This document shows positions 60,187-64,000 of a stretch of DNA of 64,000 nt, piece by piece; position 1 is the stretch's first letter; each line of letters begins with the position of its first letter. A program made the translations under genes and the position numbers. Under the pieces are notes generated by a model that was not told where the DNA came from, searched no databases, and saw only the letters and a list, made by a program, of their open reading frames with translations. Origin of the DNA: Pristiophorus japonicus (taxonomy: Eukaryota); assembly GCF_044704955.1 (NCBI RefSeq), contig NC_091984.1, positions 145,576,001 through 145,640,000 on the forward strand, given 5' to 3'.

Positions 60187-63100
60187 CCACCCTCTGAGTG
60201 AAGATGTTTATCCTCATCTCAGTTCTAAATGGCTGGCCTCTTATTCGGAGACTGTGACCCCTGGTACTTGACTCCCCAGCCAGAGGAAACATCCTCCCTG
60301 CATCTACCTTGTAAAGCCCTGTCAGAATTGTATATGTTTCAGTGGGATCTCTTCTCATTCTTCGAAACTCTCGAGAGTATAGGCCTTGGAACTTGCGGAA
60401 CCAGGCGGGTAGATGGAGTTCAGATACAGATGAGCAATGATCTGATTGAATGGGGGAACAGGCTCGAAGGGCTGAATGGCCTCCTCCTGTTCATTGTGTC
60501 CAACAGCAGCTGTGTACCTCTCCGCAACCTCATCTTGACTTTTATCCGTCACATCAGAGCCTTGATTCCCTCACCAGGGGGCTGGTGTTTCCAGATCAAT
60601 GTCCAGCTGATCGATGCCATGAGTCAGACTCAGTGAGCGCTGTCAGCGGGTGGAAAGGCTGCTCTAACTGCAGCCTTGTTCTAATGCATTTGGGGAGGGG
60701 CAACAAGGCAAGGGAATACACAATAAATGGGATGGTACTGAGAGGGGTGGAGGAACGGAGGGACCTTGGAATGCATGTCCACAGATCCCTGAAGGTAGCA
60801 GGCCAGGTCGATAAGATGGTTAAAAAGGCATACGGAATACTTGCCTTTATTAGCTGAGGCATTGAATACAAAAGCAGGGAGGTTATGCTTGAACTGTATA
60901 AAACACTAGTTAGGCCACAGCTAGAGTCCTGCGTGCAGTCCTGGTCACCACATTACAGGAAAGATGTAATTACAGAGGAGATTCATGAGGATGTTGCCAG
61001 AACTGGACAATTTTAGCTCTGAGGAAAGATTGGATCTGCTGGGGGTGTTTTCTTTGGAACAGAGGAGGCTGAAGGGAGACCTTATTGAGGTGTGTAAAAT
61101 GATGAGGGGCCTAGATAGAGTGGATAGAATGGACCCATTTCCCTTAGCAGAGGCGTCAACAACCAGGGGGCATAGATTTAAAGTAATTGGTGGAAGGTTT
61201 AGAGGGGAGATGAGGAAACAATTCTTCACCCAGAGGGTGGTGGGGGTCTGGAACTCACTGCCTGAAAGGGTGGTAGAGGCAAAAACTCTCACCACATTTA
61301 AAAAGTACTTGGATGTGCACTTAAAGTGCCGTAACTCACAGGGCTACGGACCCAGAGCTGGAAAGTGGGATTAGGCTGGGTAGCTCTTTGTTGACCGGCG
61401 CGGACATGATGGGCCGAAATGGCCTCCTTCCGTCCTGTAATTTTCTGTGATTCTATGACCGTGCTGGTGGTGTTGACCACTATAAAAGACGCAGCATACA
61501 TTTTATTGAAACTATTTCCGTTCCCGGTTTCCCCACTGCCAATAATTGGATCAATTGATGCTGCAGCGCCTCCTTGTGGTACATCTATATGTGCTCCACC
61601 CAAACCCCTGCTTGCAACCCTTGAACCCATATTGCCTACGCTAGCTGGAGCTCCGCTCCTTTATCACAGCATCTCACAGCACAGAGGGAGGCCATTCGGC
61701 CCATCAAACCTGTGCTGGCTCTTTGAAAGAGCTGTGGACTACAATGGCCTAGACTAATGATCCAGAGACACGAGTTCAAATCCCACCACGGCAGCTGGGG
61801 AATTTAAATTCAGTTGATTAAATAAATTTGGAATAAAAAGCTAGTGTCAGTAATGGTGACCATGAAACTGCCGGATTGTTGCAAAAACCCACCTACCTGG
61901 CCTGCTACCTTCAGGGATCTGTGGACATGCAAATCAAGGTCCCTTTGTTCCTCTACACCTCTCAGTGTCCTACCATTTAATGTGTATTCCCTTGCCTTGA
62001 TAGACCTCCCCAAATGCATGACCTCACACTTCTCCGGATTAAATTGCATTTGCCACTGTTCTGCCCACCTGACCATTTCATTGATATCTTTCTGCAATCT
62101 GCAGCTCTTTTCTTCATTATCAACCACACGACCGATTTTAGTGTCATCTGCAAACTTCTGAATCATTCCCCCTACATTCAAGTCCAAATGATTGATATAT
62201 ACCACAAAAAGTTAGGGACCTAGTACTGACCTCTGCGGAACCCCCCTGGAAACAGTCTTCCAGTCACAAAAACACCCATCAACCATTACCCTTTGCTTCC
62301 TGCCTCTGAGCCAATTTTGGATCCAACTTGCAACTTTGCCCTGGATCTCATGGGCTTTTACCTTCGTGACCAGTCTGCAATGTGGCACCTTATCAAAAGT
62401 CTTGCTAAAATCCATATATACTACATCAAATGCACTACCCTCATCGACCCTCCTTATTACTTCTTCGGTGAATTCAATTAAGTTTGTCAGACACGACCTT
62501 CCCTGAACAAATCCATCCTGACTGTCCTTGATTAATCCCTCTATCTTAATGAAGATTTAACCTGTCTCTCAGGAGTTTTTTCCAATAATTTTCCCACCAC
62601 TGAGGTTAGGCTGACTGGCCTGTAATTACTCGGTCTATCCCTTTCTCCCTTTTTAAACAAAGATACAATGTTAGCAGTCCTCCAGTCCTCCTGCACCACA
62701 CCTGTAGCCAGAGAGGATTGGAAAATGATGGTCAGAGCCTCTGCTATTTCCTCTTTTGATTCTCTTAATAGCCTGGGATACATTTCATCCGGGCCAGGGG
62801 ATTTATCCACTCTCAAAGCTGCTAAGCTCCTTAATACTTCCTCTCTCACTATGTTTCTTTCATCTCATATTTCCCACTCCTCCTCCCTGATTGCAATGTC
62901 TGCATCGCCCCTCTCTTTTGTGAAAACAGACGCAAAGTGTTCATTAAGAACCAGACCCACGTTTTACGCCTCCACACACAGATTACCTTTGGTCTCTTAT
63001 AGGCCCAACTCTTTCTTTAATTATCCTCCTGCTCGTAATGTATTTGTAAAACATCTTTGGGTTTTCCTTGATTTTACTTGCCAAAATGTTTTCATGCTCT

Positions 63101-64000
63101 CTCTTTGCTTTCCTAATTTCCTTTTTAATTGCACCCATGCACTTTCTATACCCCTCTAAAGTTCCTGCAGTATTGAGCCCTTGGTATCTGTCATAAGCCT
63201 CCCTTTTTTACTTTATCCTACACTGTATTTCCCTTGACATCCAGAGGCCTGAGATTTGTTAGTCCCACCCTTTTTCTTTAAGGGAACAGACTTACTCTGA
63301 AACCACAGGATTTCCTCCTTGAATGCCTCCCACTGCTCTGACACTGATTTACCTTCAAGTAGCCGTTTCCAGTCCACTTTGGCCAAATCTCATCTCAGCT
63401 CAGCAAAATTGGCTTTTCCCCAACTGAGAACTTTTATTCGTGCTCTATCTTTGTCCTTTTCCATAACTACCCTAAATCTAACTGAATTATGATCACAGGC
63501 ACCAAAATGCTCTCCCACTGATACCCCTTCCAACTGCCCCTCTTCATCCCCCCAAAACCAAGTCCAGAACCGTCCTCTCCCTTGTTGGGCTTGTTACAAA
63601 CTGGCTAAAAAAGTTCTCCTGAAGGCATTTTAGGAATTCCGCACCCTCTATATCTTTCACACTAATTTTATCCCAGTTAATATTAGGGTAGTTGAAATCC
63701 CCTGCTATAACTGCCCTATAGTTTTTGCACTTGTCAGAAATGGGCCTACATATTTGATCTTCTCTCTCCCTCTGACTGTTTGGGGTCTATAGTACACTCC
63801 CAGCAGTGTGATTACCCCTTTTTTGTTCTTCAATTCGACCTATTTGGCCTCATTTGATGATCCTTCCGACATATCATCCCTCCTCACAGCTGTAATTGTT
63901 TCTTTCAATTGTTTCAGAACTGCGACCCCCTCCTTTTTTATCCCCCTCTCTATCCCGTCTGAAAACCCTGTAACCAGGAATGTTGAGCTGCCATACCTGC
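60187..64000. mobile_element. CR1 fragments (- 60187-60490; + 60683-61455; - 61890-64000) and a short SINE (~61740-61890)
   Basis: RT/endonuclease motifs; the 61890-63640 piece is the same subfamily as 7824-9545. Confidence 0.85.

Noticed and set aside
61458-61660. Non-repeat-looking stretch with open frames on both strands
   Set aside because: No recognisable motif, splice signals or second copy; it cannot be assigned without a database search.

Overview
This is eukaryotic genomic DNA from a cartilaginous fish, most likely a shark, judged from the repeat families and the Ig cluster layout. Most of the window is decayed non-LTR retroelements (several CR1 subfamilies, RTE, Tx1-like L1, L2, Deu-domain SINEs) and minisatellites. 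It holds one complete, unrearranged immunoglobulin kappa-type light-chain cluster on the + strand: promoter (~36470-36566), leader exon (36626-36674), V exon (36850-37148) with a 12-RSS, J (39112-39146) with a 23-RSS, a ~10.9 kb J-C intron and a C exon (50070-50398). A second intact C exon (12922-13250, - strand, 4 of 329 nt different) lies in a ~5.8 kb inverted duplication and has no V or J of its own that I can find in the window. The single V-J pair therefore sits between two oppositely oriented C arms. A third, directly oriented partial copy of the J-C intron lies at ~53980-60186. Several non-repeat blocks conserved between the copies carry B-cell-type motifs: PU.1-IRF composite sites, an E-box cluster and a PBX-PREP/NF-Y module. 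No prokaryotic features are present. Repeat boundaries and percent identities are by-eye estimates.
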